Position numbers and translations under genes: made by a program | The notes under the pieces: model-generated | The model's input: the letters and a program-made list of their open reading frames with translations, nothing else | Told to the model about the DNA's origin: nothing | Databases searched by the model: none | In this document: piece after piece, positions 25,676 through 33,874 of the stretch | How the letters are laid out: each line of letters begins with the position of its first letter | Numbering within the stretch: the first letter of the stretch is position 1 | Source: Acidobacteriota bacterium | Lineage (GTDB): Bacteria > Acidobacteriota > Terriglobia > Bryobacterales > Bryobacteraceae | DNA length: 64,000 nt | Assembly (NCBI GenBank): GCA_050261515.1 | Contig: JBLNDJ010000024.1 | Coordinates: 5,849 to 69,848 of the forward strand | Direction: 5' to 3'

Positions 25676-27048
25676 TCGACGTCGTCATGCCCCAGATGGG
25701 CGAGAGCATTGTCGAAGGCACGCTGACCAAGTGGCTCAAGAAAGTGGGCGAGCGCGTGGAGCGCGACGAGCCGCTGTTCGAGATTTCGACCGACAAGGTG
25801 GATACCGAAATTCCGGCGCCCGCGGCGGGCACTCTCGCCGCCACGCTCGTCGAGGAAGGAAAGACGGTCGGGATCAACACCGTGGTCGCGCAGATCGACG
25901 ACGGCGGCGGAGCCGCTGCCGCGCCGTCGAAGCCCGCCGCCGCCCAGCCCCAGCCCGCCCCGGCCGGGCAGCCTCCAGCGCCGGCCGCCGCGCCGCCGCC
26001 CGAGCCGGCCGCCGCGCCGCCGCCCGAGCCCGCTCCCGAACCCGAGCCCGAGAAGCCCGCCGCAGCCGCCGTAGAAGAACCCTCCGGGCCGCTGTCGCCG
26101 CTGGTGCGCCGCATGGCGCGCGAGAACAATATCGATCTGCGGCAGGTCCGCGGCACCGGCGCAGGCGGCCGCATCACCAAACAGGATCTCGAAGCGTATC
26201 TGAACCAGCGCACCGCGCGCCCGGCGCCGCAAGCCGCTCCGGCCGCCGCGCCGCCCGCCCGGCCGCAGCAGGCCGCTCCGCCGCCCTATGTGCCCCCGCA
26301 GGCTCCCGCCGCGCCCGCGCCGGAGATCGCGCCGGTCCCGGCACCCGGCCCCGCGCGCGTACGCGTCGAGCCGATGAGCACCATGCGCAGCAAGATCGCC
26401 GAGCACATGGTCGCCTCCAAGCGCACCTCGGCGCACGTCACCACGGTTCACAAGGTGGATATGACGCGCGTCGCCAGGATTCGCGCGCGGAACAAAGCCG
26501 AAGTCCAGTCGCGCTACGGCTTCTCGCTCACCTACCTGCCCTTCATCGCGCGTGCGGCCGCCGAAGCGCTCCGCGCCTACCCGCTCGCCAACGCTTCCAT
26601 CGAAGGCGGCAACATCATCTATCACAACGAAATCAACATCGGAATCGCGGTGGCGCTCGAAAACGGCCTCATCGTCCCGGTGATCCGTAACGCGGATGAG
26701 AAGAACGTCCTCGGCTTGCAGCGCGCGATCGTCGATCTGGCCGGCCGGGCGCGCTCGCGCCAGCTCAAGCCCGACGAAGTCCAGGGCGGAACTTTCTCGA
26801 TAACAAACTTCGGCAGTTTCGGTAGCCTGTTCGGCACGCCGATTATCAATCAGCCGCAGGTGGCGATTCTCGGAGTCGGCTCAGTCGAAAAAACTCCGGT
26901 TGTGATCGAAAACGATGCGATTGCGATTCGGTCCATCAGCCTGATCGGATTGACCTTCGACCACCGCCTGATCGACGGCGCCTACGCGGACCAGTTCATG
27001 ACGAAGTTGAAATCTGCGCTCGAAAACAGCCCGGAGGAAGTGCTCTAA
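25672..27048 (+). CDS. 2-oxo acid dehydrogenase E2 (dihydrolipoamide acyltransferase), 458 aa
   Basis: ATG at 25672 overlaps the lipB stop (ATGA). Lipoyl domain (FEISTDKVDTEIPAP), Pro/Ala linker, subunit-binding domain (SPLVRRMARENNIDL), catalytic DHRLIDGA. Which 2-oxo acid complex it serves cannot be told from here. Confidence 0.9.
   Translation: MIDVVMPQMGESIVEGTLTKWLKKVGERVERDEPLFEISTDKVDTEIPAPAAGTLAATLVEEGKTVGINTVVAQIDDGGGAAAAPSKPAAAQPQPAPAGQPPAPAAAPPPEPAAAPPPEPAPEPEPEKPAAAAVEEPSGPLSPLVRRMARENNIDLRQVRGTGAGGRITKQDLEAYLNQRTARPAPQAAPAAAPPARPQQAAPPPYVPPQAPAAPAPEIAPVPAPGPARVRVEPMSTMRSKIAEHMVASKRTSAHVTTVHKVDMTRVARIRARNKAEVQSRYGFSLTYLPFIARAAAEALRAYPLANASIEGGNIIYHNEINIGIAVALENGLIVPVIRNADEKNVLGLQRAIVDLAGRARSRQLKPDEVQGGTFSITNFGSFGSLFGTPIINQPQVAILGVGSVEKTPVVIENDAIAIRSISLIGLTFDHRLIDGAYADQFMTKLKSALENSPEEVL
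25983..26030 (+). repeat. Perfect 24-bp tandem repeat (2 copies) in the E2 Pro/Ala linker
   Basis: ggccgccgcgccgccgcccgagcc occurs at 25983-26006 and 26007-26030, encoding AAAPPPEP twice. Confidence 0.9.
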
Positions 27049-27065
27049 GAAATTCGACAAGAAAA

Positions 27066-27099
27066 ACAAGCGGGGCGCGTAACCTGCCGCCCCGCTTGT
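27066..27099 (-). terminator. Intrinsic terminator hairpin between the convergent E2 and kef genes
   Basis: 12-bp GC-rich stem acaagcggggcg / cgccccgcttgt with a 10-nt loop. On the minus strand a T5 run (27061-27065) follows it. A second 9-bp hairpin lies at 27131-27169. Confidence 0.6.
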
Positions 27100-27171
27100 A
27101 CGTACTACAGTTAAATCCCCTTTACGACATAGCGGGCGCACTCACCCTTCACCCAACCCAGCGCCCGCTAC

Positions 27172-28902
27172 TTAACTTCTTCCACTTGCACCGCTGCCGT
27201 TACACTCCTGAAATAATTCTGCGCGCACCCGCACGCGCTCGCGGTCCATTTGCTCCGGTGTCGCGCCGAGTTGCACCAGGATATACTCCGTCATCGCCAG
27301 CGCCACCTCGCCCTCCCCGGAAAAAACCTCGTCCGCCCCCGCTTCCCTGATTCCGGGCATACTACCCACGTACGCCGCGCGAGCCAGCACACGGATTCCC
27401 GGATTGAGCCGCCGCGCCGCGCGGATCGTCTCCGCCGTCTGGGACGAACCGCCGGGCGCGGTCAGGAACAGGCTCCCCGCGCCCGAGATTCCGGCGCTCG
27501 CGAGCACATCTTCGCGGGACGCGTCGCCGTAGACCACCTTCTTGCCCTCGGCGCTCAGCCGGTGGACGGTGTCCAGGTTCAACTCGATGATCGTCGGCTC
27601 GATCTCCCGCTCGCGCAGCAGCCGGCACAGCGTCTCGCCGACCGGCCCGTATCCGACCACGACGGCCCTGTGCTGCGGAGCTTCCTTCGCGAATTCCAGC
27701 GGGGCGGCGGCGCGCACGCGGTTAAACCGCGCCAGGCGGCGCTCTGCCGGACCGACCAGGCGGTAGAGCAGCGGGTTTAGCGTGATCGAGACAATCGACG
27801 CCGCGACCAGCGCGTCGGTGCCCTCTTTCGGCAGAATTCCGAGTTGCTTTCCCGACGCGGCGAGGATGAACGAAAACTCGCCGATCTGCGCCAGCGCCAC
27901 CCCGGCGCCCAATGCGGAGCGTATGCCGTGCCCCAGCAGCATCACGATCGAAAACGCGGCGATCGGCTTGCCGAGCAGGATGATCGCCAGCGTCAGCGCC
28001 ACCAGCGGCCAGGAATGGAGCAGCTGGTTCGGCGCAAACAGCATCCCCACCGAGACGAAGAACAGCACCGCGAAGGCGTCGCGCATCGGCAGCGCCTCGG
28101 AAGCCGCGCGGAAGCTGAACTCCGATTGCCCCACCACCATCCCGGCGAGAAATGCGCCCAACGCCATCGATGCGCCGAAGATGTAGGCCGAGGCGAACGC
28201 GATCCCGAGCGCGAGCGCGAGCACCGTCAGGGTGAACAGTTCGCGCGAGTGCGTCGCCGCCACCGCGGCAAGCAGCCGGGGAATCAGCTTCCCACCCACA
28301 AACAGCGTGAACGCCGCCAGCGCCGCCAGTTTTAGAACGGCGATCGCGAGAGCGGCAGGAAGATTCCCCGCCGCTCTCGTATGCGGGCCGAACAGCGCCG
28401 GAAGCAAAACAAGGATAAGAACAGTAAAGATATCTTCGACCACAAGCCAGCCGATCGAGATGCGCCCGGTCGGCGTGTGCAGGTCGTCGTTGTCGGAGAG
28501 CACGCGCGTCAGCACTACCGTGCTCGCTACCGAAAGCGCCAGGCCGAAGACGATGCCCGCCGGCCAGCTCCATCCGAGGAAGTGCGTCACCACGGCGCCG
28601 AGCGCCGTCGCCGCCAGGCTCTGGCATACCGCGCCGGTCAGCGCCACGCGGCGCACGGCGAGCAGGTCTTTCAAATGAAAGTGCAGGCCGACGCCGAACA
28701 TCAGCAGGATGACGCCGATTTCGGCAAGCTGGTCGGCGAGCCCCCGATCGGCGATGAAGCCGGGCGTGTACGGCCCCACGGCCACTCCGGCCAGCAGATA
28801 GCCGACGATCGGAGACAACCCCAGGCGATGCGTGACGTACCCGAACACCAGCGCGGCGCACAGGCCGCCCGTCAGCGTCAAAATGAGGTCTACGTTATGC
28901 AC
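27172..28902 (-). CDS. Monovalent cation:proton antiporter (CPA2, KefB/KefC-like) with C-terminal RCK/TrkA-N domain, 576 aa
   Basis: Typical Kef N-terminus LGLSPIVGYLLAGVAVGP and about 12 TM segments. The C-terminal VVVGYGPVGETLCRLL is a Rossmann-type TrkA-N domain. GTG start at 28902. Confidence 0.85.
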   Translation of the reverse strand: MHNVDLILTLTGGLCAALVFGYVTHRLGLSPIVGYLLAGVAVGPYTPGFIADRGLADQLAEIGVILLMFGVGLHFHLKDLLAVRRVALTGAVCQSLAATALGAVVTHFLGWSWPAGIVFGLALSVASTVVLTRVLSDNDDLHTPTGRISIGWLVVEDIFTVLILVLLPALFGPHTRAAGNLPAALAIAVLKLAALAAFTLFVGGKLIPRLLAAVAATHSRELFTLTVLALALGIAFASAYIFGASMALGAFLAGMVVGQSEFSFRAASEALPMRDAFAVLFFVSVGMLFAPNQLLHSWPLVALTLAIILLGKPIAAFSIVMLLGHGIRSALGAGVALAQIGEFSFILAASGKQLGILPKEGTDALVAASIVSITLNPLLYRLVGPAERRLARFNRVRAAAPLEFAKEAPQHRAVVVGYGPVGETLCRLLREREIEPTIIELNLDTVHRLSAEGKKVVYGDASREDVLASAGISGAGSLFLTAPGGSSQTAETIRAARRLNPGIRVLARAAYVGSMPGIREAGADEVFSGEGEVALAMTEYILVQLGATPEQMDRERVRVRAELFQECNGSGASGRS

Positions 28903-28905
28903 CCG

Positions 28906-29331
28906 CTAGATGTCCCAGTTGGGAACGTACCGGCTCTGCCGTTCCCCCCAGGCGCGGGCGATCTCGGCGAAGCTGGTGTGGTCGATGACCCTGGAGATCC
29001 CATCGTCTACTTGAGCCCACATCTCGGTGAACGGCGTGTCCTGTTTGCGCTTGCCGCCGCGAGCCTTCGCGGGCGTGCCCTCGACAAACCGCAGCACATC
29101 GCCGACCATGATGTCTTCCGGCCGCCGCGCCAGCAGATAGCCGCCCTCGGCGCCACGCCGCGATTCGACAAACCCGCCCTGCTTCAACGTAGCCAGAATC
29201 AGCTCTAGAAATTTCTGCGGAATCTTCTGTCTGCGCGCGATATCGGCGATCCTGACCGGCCCGCCCGTCGAGTTCAAAGCGAGGTCGAAGATCGCATGCA
29301 GCGCGTATTCGCCTTTGACCGAGATGTGCAT
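28906..29331 (-). CDS. Rrf2-family transcriptional regulator without any cysteine, 141 aa
   Basis: MHISVKGEYALHAIFDLA...IADIARRQKIPQKFLELILATLKQGGFVESRRGAEGGYLLARRPEDI is a typical Rrf2 wHTH. The sequence has no Cys. It ends 3 nt before the kef start. Confidence 0.85.
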   Translation of the reverse strand: MHISVKGEYALHAIFDLALNSTGGPVRIADIARRQKIPQKFLELILATLKQGGFVESRRGAEGGYLLARRPEDIMVGDVLRFVEGTPAKARGGKRKQDTPFTEMWAQVDDGISRVIDHTSFAEIARAWGERQSRYVPNWDI

Positions 29332-29348
29332 TCAGCAGCCGAAACGTT

Positions 29349-29364
29349 ACTAATTGAGGTTAGT
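29349..29364. promoter_or_regulatory. AT-rich palindrome ACTAA-N6-TTAGT upstream of the Rrf2 gene (candidate operator or promoter element)
   Basis: actaattgaggttagt sits in the 58-nt gap between the RND stop (29390) and the Rrf2 start (29331). It is the only AT-rich patch there. No functional evidence. Confidence 0.2.
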
Positions 29365-29389
29365 CGATCCATCCGCCCGGGCGCAACGC

Positions 29390-32300
29390 TCAGTCGCCCG
29401 CTCCGGCCGGCGCCGGCGCCGGGCTCCGGCGCGCCGCCAGCGCCTTCGCTTCTTCGACCAGGGAGTACGCCACCGGCACCACGAGCAGCGTCAGCAGCAG
29501 GCAGAGCGTTTGCCCGCCGATAATCGTCACCGCGATCGCCGAGCGCTGCGAGGCGCCCGCTCCGATCCCGACCGCCGTCGGAATCAACCCCGCCACGATC
29601 GAAAACGTCGTCATCAGAATCGGCCGCAGCCGCACGCGATTCGCCTCCAGAATCGCCTCGCGCAGCGGAAGGCCGTCCTGCCGGAGGCGGTTCATGTAGT
29701 CGATCTGGAGAATCCCGTTCTTCTTTACGATGCCGAGCAGCAGCAGCACGCCGAGCGCGCTGAACAGGTTCAGGCTGCGCCCGGTCGCGATCAGCGAAAT
29801 CAGCGCGAAGGGGATCGACAGCGGCAGCGTCATCAGAATGATGAAGGGATGCACCAGGCTCTCGAACTGCGCCGCGAGCACCATGTACATGAAAATCGAC
29901 GCCAGCGCGAAAGCCAGCACCATGTTTGAGGTCGTCTCCTCCAGCACCTTCACCTGGCCCGAGAAAACAGCCGAATAGCCCGGCGGCAGGCCCACCCGGT
30001 TAATGGCCGCCTGGGTGTCCTCGGCCGCCTCCGCGAGCGAGTGGCCCGGCGCGACGTTGCCGTAAATCCCGACCGAGAACTGGCGCGCGAACCGGTCGAT
30101 GCGGCTCGGCCCCAGGCCGCGCTCGAGCCGCGCGATCGAATCCAGCCGGATCAGCCCCAGCCGCGCCGAAGGAACCAGAATCCGGCTCAGGATCTCGGGG
30201 TTGTCGCGCTGGAACGGCGCCAGCCGCACCGTCACCGGATACTGCTCGGAACCTTCCTTGTACGTCGAAATCTCGTCCTCGCCCGACATCAGCAGCCGCA
30301 CCGCCCCTGCGATGTCGGACACGCGCACGCCGAGATCCGAGGCGCGCGTGCGGTCGATCTGCACCTGCCACTCCGGACCGTTCAGGTTCAGGTTCACCTT
30401 CACGTCCGCCACCGAAGCGGTTTTGACGAGTTCCTGGTTAACCTTGCGGGCCGCCTCGACCACGGGCAGCAGGTCCGGCCCGAGCAACTGTGCGCGAATC
30501 GGCGAAAACGTGTCGCGCCCGCCGAGCGTGTTCGGGAACTGCACGCGCGGCCGCGTGTAGGGGTAGGCGCGCAAAATGGCCCGCACCTTTGATCCCATCT
30601 CGACAATCGGCGCGCGCTGGTCGGCGGGCTTCAGCAGGATGCCGATGTTCGCCATGTTCACGCGCTCCATGAACGTCATCGTCGCCGGAATCACCGTCGT
30701 CACACCGTCGATCTTCTGGATCTTGCGCGCGATCTCCATCGTCACGCGCTCGGTCTCATCGATCGACGAGCCCTCGGGCAACTCGAGCCCCACCGTCAGC
30801 TCGTTCTGGTCCTCCTGCGGCATCCAGTCGCGCCCGATGAAACGGTACACCACGAACGTCGAGGCGAACGTCGCGGCCGAAACCGTGATGATGACCCAGC
30901 GGTGCCTGAGCGACCACCCGAGCACGCTCACGTACACGCGGTCCAGCACTCCGCCCTTGTGCGCTCCGTGAGCGTGGCCGCCCGCGGCGCCCCCGCGCTT
31001 CTTCAGCATCCGCGCGCTGAGCGTCGGCGTCAGCGTGAACGCCACCAGCATCGAGACGATAATCGCGAACGCCATCGTCCACCCGAACTGGTTCAGATAC
31101 CGCTTTGCGTAGCCGGTCATGAACGCGATCGGCACGAAGATGATGACCAGCGACAGCGTTGTGGCCATCACGGCGAGCGCGATTTCCCTGGTCGCCCGCA
31201 CAGCCGCCTCCATCGGCGGCATGTCCTTTTCTTCGATGTAGCGGTAGATGTTCTCTAAGACAATGATGGCGTCGTCGATCACGATGCCCACCGCGAGCGT
31301 CAGCCCGAGCAGCGTCATCGAGTTCAACGTGAAATCCATCGCGCGCATCAGCGTGAAGGTGGTCACGATGGAAGTCGGAATCGCGATCGAGCTGATGAGC
31401 ACCGTCCGCAGGTCGCGTATGAACAGCCACACGATCACCGACGCGAGCAGGCTGCCGAGCACCAGGTGTTCCTCGAGCGCCTCGACGGAGTTCTTGATGT
31501 AAGTGGCCTGCTCCTTGATCGCGTCGAGCTTCACGCCCGCGGGCAGTTCCTTCTGGAGCGGCCCCAGGCGCTTCCGCACGCCGTCGACCACGTTAACCGT
31601 GTTCGTGCCGGTCTGCCGCCGCACATCCAGAATCACGGCCGGCGTGTTCTGGTAGTACGCGAAGCTGCGCTTCTCGGCCATTCCGTCTTCGGCGTAGCCC
31701 ACGTCGCGTATGCGAATCGGCGCGCCGTTGACGTTCTTCAAAATAATGTTGTCGAACTCGGCGACGTGCTCGATGCGCCCCTTGGTGCGCACGCCAAGCT
31801 CGGTCGCTCCGCGCACCACGCGCCCGCCCGGCGCCTCGATGTTCTCGTTGACCAGCGCCGCCCCGACGTCCTGAGCGGTCATGTTGTACCCGCTCAGCTT
31901 GTCGATGTCGAGCATGACGTTGATCTGGCGGTAGCGCCCGCCGGTGATGTCCACACCCGCCACGCCGTCCACGGTTTCGAGCGCGCGCCGCACGTTCTTG
32001 TCCGCGATCTCGGTCAGCTCGCGCACGGGACGGTTGCCGCTCACCGCGATCGTGATGACGGGATCGCTGTCCGGGTCGGCCTTCTGGACCACCGGCGGCA
32101 GCACGTTCGGCGGCAGGTTGCGCATCGCGCCCGAGACTTTTTCGCGGACGTCCTCGGTGGCCTCGCCGATATCGCGCTCGAGCACGAAGGTGACGATCAG
32201 ATTGCAGTTTCCCTCGGTGACGATCGAGCGCATCTCGTCGATGCCGCTCACCGACGCGACGGCTTCCTCAAGCGGCAGCACCACCTGTGAGGTGACTTCT

Positions 32301-32479
32301 TCGGGGCTCGCGCCGGGCAGCCGCACGCGCACGTAGACCGTGGCGGGGTCGCTCCGCGGGAACAGGTCCACGCCGAGCTGCATGAAGCTGAACGCGCCCA
32401 TCACGGTGAGAAACATGATGAGCATGAACGCGAACACCGGGCGTTGTACGCAAATTTCTGAGAGCCGCAAGCCCACCAT
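29390..32479 (-). CDS. RND efflux transporter permease (AcrB/HAE family), 1029 aa
   Basis: N-terminus ICVQRPVFAFMLIMFLTVMGAFSF and 12-TM/two-large-loop architecture. Conserved TM4 region GLTLAVGIVIDDAIIVLENI. Confidence 0.9.
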   Translation of the reverse strand: MVGLRLSEICVQRPVFAFMLIMFLTVMGAFSFMQLGVDLFPRSDPATVYVRVRLPGASPEEVTSQVVLPLEEAVASVSGIDEMRSIVTEGNCNLIVTFVLERDIGEATEDVREKVSGAMRNLPPNVLPPVVQKADPDSDPVITIAVSGNRPVRELTEIADKNVRRALETVDGVAGVDITGGRYRQINVMLDIDKLSGYNMTAQDVGAALVNENIEAPGGRVVRGATELGVRTKGRIEHVAEFDNIILKNVNGAPIRIRDVGYAEDGMAEKRSFAYYQNTPAVILDVRRQTGTNTVNVVDGVRKRLGPLQKELPAGVKLDAIKEQATYIKNSVEALEEHLVLGSLLASVIVWLFIRDLRTVLISSIAIPTSIVTTFTLMRAMDFTLNSMTLLGLTLAVGIVIDDAIIVLENIYRYIEEKDMPPMEAAVRATREIALAVMATTLSLVIIFVPIAFMTGYAKRYLNQFGWTMAFAIIVSMLVAFTLTPTLSARMLKKRGGAAGGHAHGAHKGGVLDRVYVSVLGWSLRHRWVIITVSAATFASTFVVYRFIGRDWMPQEDQNELTVGLELPEGSSIDETERVTMEIARKIQKIDGVTTVIPATMTFMERVNMANIGILLKPADQRAPIVEMGSKVRAILRAYPYTRPRVQFPNTLGGRDTFSPIRAQLLGPDLLPVVEAARKVNQELVKTASVADVKVNLNLNGPEWQVQIDRTRASDLGVRVSDIAGAVRLLMSGEDEISTYKEGSEQYPVTVRLAPFQRDNPEILSRILVPSARLGLIRLDSIARLERGLGPSRIDRFARQFSVGIYGNVAPGHSLAEAAEDTQAAINRVGLPPGYSAVFSGQVKVLEETTSNMVLAFALASIFMYMVLAAQFESLVHPFIILMTLPLSIPFALISLIATGRSLNLFSALGVLLLLGIVKKNGILQIDYMNRLRQDGLPLREAILEANRVRLRPILMTTFSIVAGLIPTAVGIGAGASQRSAIAVTIIGGQTLCLLLTLLVVPVAYSLVEEAKALAARRSPAPAPAGAGD

Positions 32480-32486
32480 CCTACCG

Positions 32487-32542
32487 CGGAAAAGGGGACA
32501 GACACCTTTTTCTCAACCAAAAAGTGTCTGTCCTCTTTTCCG
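32487..32542. repeat. Long hairpin (about 24 bp stem, 7-nt loop) carrying the GGAAAAGGGGACAGAC motif; family B copy 1, probable nth terminator
   Basis: Arms are cggaaaaggggacagacaccttttt (32487-32511) and aaaaagtgtctgtcctcttttccg (32519-32542), with one bulge and one G-U pair. It sits between the nth stop (32544) and the RND start (32479). Confidence 0.85.
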
Positions 32543-32543
32543 T

Positions 32544-33221
32544 CTAAACCGCCTTATCTTTGGCGTAGCAGAGCGGATCTAGAGGGCACTCGGCGCAGCG
32601 CGGCTTGCGCGCCACGCACAGCGCGCGCCCGTGCAGGATCGTCTCGTGCGAGAACACAATCCACCGCTCCTGGGGAATAATCTTCTTCAGGTCCTGCTCG
32701 ATTTTGACCGGATCGGTGTTCTTCGTCAGATCGAGCCGGCGCGACACTCGCTGGACGTGCGTGTCCACCACGACGCCGCTCGCGATCCCGTAGGCCGTGC
32801 CGAGCACGACGTTGGCGGTCTTCCGCGCCACACCCGGAATCGTGAGCATCTCCTCCATCGTGCGCGGCACCTTGCCGCCGAAGTCGGAGAGCACCTTCTT
32901 CGCCGCCCCGATCACCGACCTGGCTTTGTTGTTGAAGAACCCGGTCGAGTGAATATCCTGCGCCAGCTCGGCCTGGCTCACGTTCGCGAAATCCCGAATT
33001 GTCGGGTATTTCTTGAACAGCCCCGGCGTCACCTGGTTCACCATCTTGTCGGTGGATTGCGCCGAAAGGATCGTCGCCACCAGCAACTCCCACGCGTTCC
33101 TGTGCACGAGCGCGCACGTCGCGCCGGGGTAGGTCCTTTCCAGCAGCTCGAGAATCTTCGAGACGCGCGCCGCGCGCTCCGCCGCGGTGCGAGGCTTTCG
33201 AATCACAGCCGGAGCCGTCAC
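32544..33221 (-). CDS. nth: Endonuclease III, 225 aa
   Basis: HhH-GPD region (LTIPGVARKTANVVL) and the C-terminal 4Fe-4S motif CVARKPRCAECPLDPLC. Confidence 0.9.
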   Translation of the reverse strand: MTAPAVIRKPRTAAERAARVSKILELLERTYPGATCALVHRNAWELLVATILSAQSTDKMVNQVTPGLFKKYPTIRDFANVSQAELAQDIHSTGFFNNKARSVIGAAKKVLSDFGGKVPRTMEEMLTIPGVARKTANVVLGTAYGIASGVVVDTHVQRVSRRLDLTKNTDPVKIEQDLKKIIPQERWIVFSHETILHGRALCVARKPRCAECPLDPLCYAKDKAV

Positions 33222-33859
33222 TGCGCCACCTCCGCGCGCAGGAACTGCCAGTCGGGAAACTCGTAGACCCGCAGCTTCGTATCGAGCGGCGCCTTGATCT
33301 CCTTCGATTCGTATGGCCCGAGCGATGCCTTGAGCGCGAACGAGCCGACCGGCTCCTGCTCCTGCTTCGAAACCGCCTTCAGGTTGACCTTCGCGTCAAG
33401 CTCGCCCAGATCGGCCCCCGAGTGGTTCACGATCACCACCTGGACGAACGGCTTCTGCCTGGCATCCTCGACCAGCCGCAGCCCGGTCAGCTCGACGTTG
33501 CGGAACGCGGGGTTCGATTGCATCACCGTGCCCGGGGTTTCGAGAGCCGTCGCGGCCGGCTGCGTGGGCGCCGGCGCGCGCCGCGAATCCTTCCAGACGA
33601 TGAACGTCAGCCCCGCGATGATCAGGGCCCCAGCGATCATGAGGCTGAGCATCCAGCCCGGGACCGACACGCCTCCGGAACGCCGCGCCGGCGCGGGCGG
33701 TGCCGGCGGCGGCGGCACAGGGACAACCGCCGGCTCCGGCAGCGGCGCCGCTTCCGCTTCCGCAGGCGTTTCGACCGCCTGCGGTTTGGCGCAATTCGGG
33801 CACTCCGAATACGAGGGCGGAACTTCTTTCCCGCATTTCGGGCAGATCCAGGTGAACAT
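33218..33859 (-). CDS. Zinc-ribbon / single-TM membrane protein of unknown function, 213 aa
   Basis: N-terminal CPKCGKEVPPSYSECPNC zinc ribbon, a Pro/Ala-rich linker, one TM (WMLSLMIAGALIIAGLTFIVW), and an extracytoplasmic domain of about 110 aa. It overlaps the nth start by 4 nt. Confidence 0.6.
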   Translation of the reverse strand: MFTWICPKCGKEVPPSYSECPNCAKPQAVETPAEAEAAPLPEPAVVPVPPPPAPPAPARRSGGVSVPGWMLSLMIAGALIIAGLTFIVWKDSRRAPAPTQPAATALETPGTVMQSNPAFRNVELTGLRLVEDARQKPFVQVVIVNHSGADLGELDAKVNLKAVSKQEQEPVGSFALKASLGPYESKEIKAPLDTKLRVYEFPDWQFLRAEVAQ

Positions 33860-33874
33860 AATTTGATATCCAGT

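Noticed and set aside
25983-26030. The 24-bp tandem repeat in the E2 gene as a notable repeat.
   Set aside because: It encodes the Ala/Pro-rich flexible linker typical of E2 proteins. Such linkers commonly contain short duplications. I listed it as a feature only.
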